Source: a virus | IMG/VR virus record: IMGVR_UViG_3300045988_117314 | Location: 1-64,000 of that record | DNA: 64,000 nucleotides | Strand: one strand, 5' to 3' | Part shown: piece by piece, positions 63,301-64,000 of the stretch | Layout: each line of letters starts with the position of its first letter | How positions within the stretch are numbered: position 1 is the stretch's first letter | Notes under the pieces: generated by a model | Seen by the model: only the letters and a program-made list of their open reading frames with translations | Database searches by the model: none | Told to the model about the DNA's origin: nothing | Made by a program: the position numbers and the translations under genes

Positions 63301-64000
63301 TTCAATATAAGGAAGGAGATCTGTGATGTTTCCAACCTGGCCAAGATCTTCTATGGTAAATACAGAATCGGCAAGCTTATCTTCGTCAACCTTCTCCCCT
63401 TTATCCCGTCTGTTCATTATATCAACATACGAAGAAATAGCATCATCAAGTTCCTTCCTTTGATCTGGTTCCAAATTGGATTTAGCCATATCAATAATAG
63501 CTTTATTATCCTCATACACAGATCGATGTTCAGTAAGTCTCCTAACTTTATCTGATAAATCTTTTATCATCTTAGCCGGACTATCACCAAGATTTGATAT
63601 ATAATCATCAATATCCTGTTTATACTTTTCATATATCTCCTTCTCCCTTGGAGATAAAAGATCTTGATTACCTGTATATATCTTATCTACGATACGTTCT
63701 TTAACCTCTATAGGTGCAGACAAAAGATCTTCCATTGCCGACTCATAATCAAAATCAGACAATATATCTTCTTTCGGCTTCTGAGTTATACCATCGTTTA
63801 GATGACCAAATACTTTCATGGTAAATGCTTCATCTGAATTTATTTCTCCATTATTCAGAAGCTCATCTATTTTTTCATCCAAACTGATATTATTACCCTC
63901 TGTCTGGTAAAAACGATCACTTTCTATAGATTTAGTATTAGAAGATACCATATCATTTAAGAACTTAGAAAATAAAGAAAAATCATGTCTCATGAATTTC
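60304..64000 (-). CDS. large protein (at least 1229 aa; may extend beyond the window), probable virion/structural protein; Pro/Ala-rich linker around aa 730
   Basis: ATG at 63993 but the frame is still open to the window edge. Contains GC-rich patches at about 61630-61700 and 62440-62500. Confidence 0.75.
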   Translation of the reverse strand, partial: KFMRHDFSLFSKFLNDMVSSNTKSIESDRFYQTEGNNISLDEKIDELLNNGEINSDEAFTMKVFGHLNDGITQKPKEDILSDFDYESAMEDLLSAPIEVKERIVDKIYTGNQDLLSPREKEIYEKYKQDIDDYISNLGDSPAKMIKDLSDKVRRLTEHRSVYEDNKAIIDMAKSNLEPDQRKELDDAISSYVDIMNRRDKGEKVDEDKLADSVFTIEDLGQVGNITDLLPYIEQNRIIDKGRISESTLSNFGEDDTNIDSLVNELDESDNTPGANIDSAQNPETLMVRRISNDGNERYEIAGLRADKFISSIKSLVPIQISSETNANGTKRYSLNIGGETATIIELPYHARWSIDKESARVLNRYTDVSIQDVGNSYSLVYKRLDSDELVPYRTGVGFGENEVDKIDQEALSSLKKGDKVNLEIDVNDTYNQSLFAEYNDAVQSGDKKRIESAENKLVSNMVIKVMSGNRFVSVVKADTGGIDGISKIRRTAFNKWKKDAGRSATIGVGTHVVAQTLPGRPVFNMKVNGQGYGQIENLPITEKGAEKVSDVGYVLNGKVVLKNGSKYTGFPFAYSILNDKGNNYKNVRVPVVVIKGKNGLNYLFPVSLRSVESEEGQKWMSFIDMLLESGDSELLQMGQDDIQDLNAYLTKLGLDPASYQVSYLNPISGLRKAREAIEKLSTVPDVVKWVEDESRNVKDIVTSEVESGIDFEGEMFVAPKIRIQFGKSSSRPKSLIEDDLPFSDEGKTVTSKEDVDIYEDEMPEEDPVRGTRPAPPAQPAPAAQATQSLPGKKRTSRKNFSLMLNEIESHIEKEGLPSYANIFDFIARKIVGGDLRFLRERGNPKSLKEEMGLEPKGTVGDKISTPSKKGGKTLEEYVSWLRSQTDQVVVDYVGPRSDEQIISELKNFLKYINFVPSKALNYSLRVNGMDTLKEYGTKEEVEKMESDINSLVSKVLPTVDNKTVEDVSTAIKSNNLPAIWRPVESLDMTNEEKIEFLNNVADFLSGIPEYDAVVESIESESDNILNDGKEGSAEGGAVRTEEDGDKKGDGEGKGQSRTNVEVEGNVELPGSTKGEIEKDEPRISEEPLTHISRVTSPYFLYGGDEAYTSVPAKVEPIPEKIMGRNGIKFGMSVVELTKLGYKKAGGNWIYKFYMNSGVYDLYNISTGEAFRAKPDLGVKISSSAFIRSLSQSGRKIQNMMSNMSQEEIDRNKNLVEGSDNSDSINELNKEC

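Noticed and set aside
42689-63555. + strand ORFs inside the - strand module, e.g. 42689..42883, 44058..44252, 45449..45700, 46839..47171, 48528..48800, 52795..53193, 53312..53863, 54522..55097, 55087..55806, 55601..55891, 60842..61237 and 62410..62769.
   Set aside because: They lie antisense to the giant or late ORFs, and their translations are low-complexity (poly-S/P/T/L). No supporting signals.

Overview
This 64-kb window is AT-rich and densely coding. It looks like a large tailed-phage genome segment, not a bacterial chromosome: many small tightly packed or overlapping ORFs, ATGA start/stop coupling, replication and anti-restriction genes, then a block of very large ORFs. Most start codons are preceded by Shine-Dalgarno-like AGGAGG motifs. 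That argues for a host that uses SD-dependent initiation, such as Firmicutes, rather than Bacteroidetes; this is inference only. The architecture is two-part: 1-42.1 kb is almost entirely + strand (early, DNA-metabolism and accessory genes), and 42.3-64 kb is entirely - strand (a 2137-aa ORF, 751-aa and >1229-aa ORFs, and small virion-like or unknown genes). A convergent hairpin terminator sits at the switch (42157-42188). Recognisable genes: DnaB-family helicase (27083..28207); primase-like zinc-finger/TOPRIM-like protein (24639..25652); SF2 DExH helicase (34620..36041); two PD-(D/E)xK/Cas4-like nucleases; an orphan Dcm C5-cytosine methyltransferase (38784..39956); a phage-type Dam N6-adenine methyltransferase split by a frameshift in an A6 run (15965..16628); a DUF5664-like dATP/dGTP diphosphohydrolase domain protein; a CCA-adding-enzyme-like nucleotidyltransferase head-domain protein (15284..15946); a Walker A/B ABC-type ATPase (17629..18426) next to a DUF1566-like protein; a KilA-N + T5orf172 (GIY-YIG-like) gene with a small HTH gene in an AT-rich island inside the late module; and a late protein with a DUF2829 (Tad2-family)-like C-terminus. 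The most unusual content is an acyl carrier protein - NfeD-like - SPFH/flotillin three-gene cassette (29755..32223). Non-coding signals include a 51-bp tandem repeat array at the window start, two tRNA-like 3' elements (T-arm GGTTCGATTCC plus a conserved ...ATCTCACA tail) that do not fold into canonical cloverleaves, two hairpins sharing a conserved 14-nt loop (GTCTGCGAAGAT), several intrinsic terminators on the - strand, an operator-like pair of ATCATGAT palindromes, and roughly 17 short GC-rich islands scattered through the AT-rich background. No rRNA, CRISPR array, integrase, terminase, portal or major capsid protein could be recognised from sequence alone. Most small ORFs are hypothetical.
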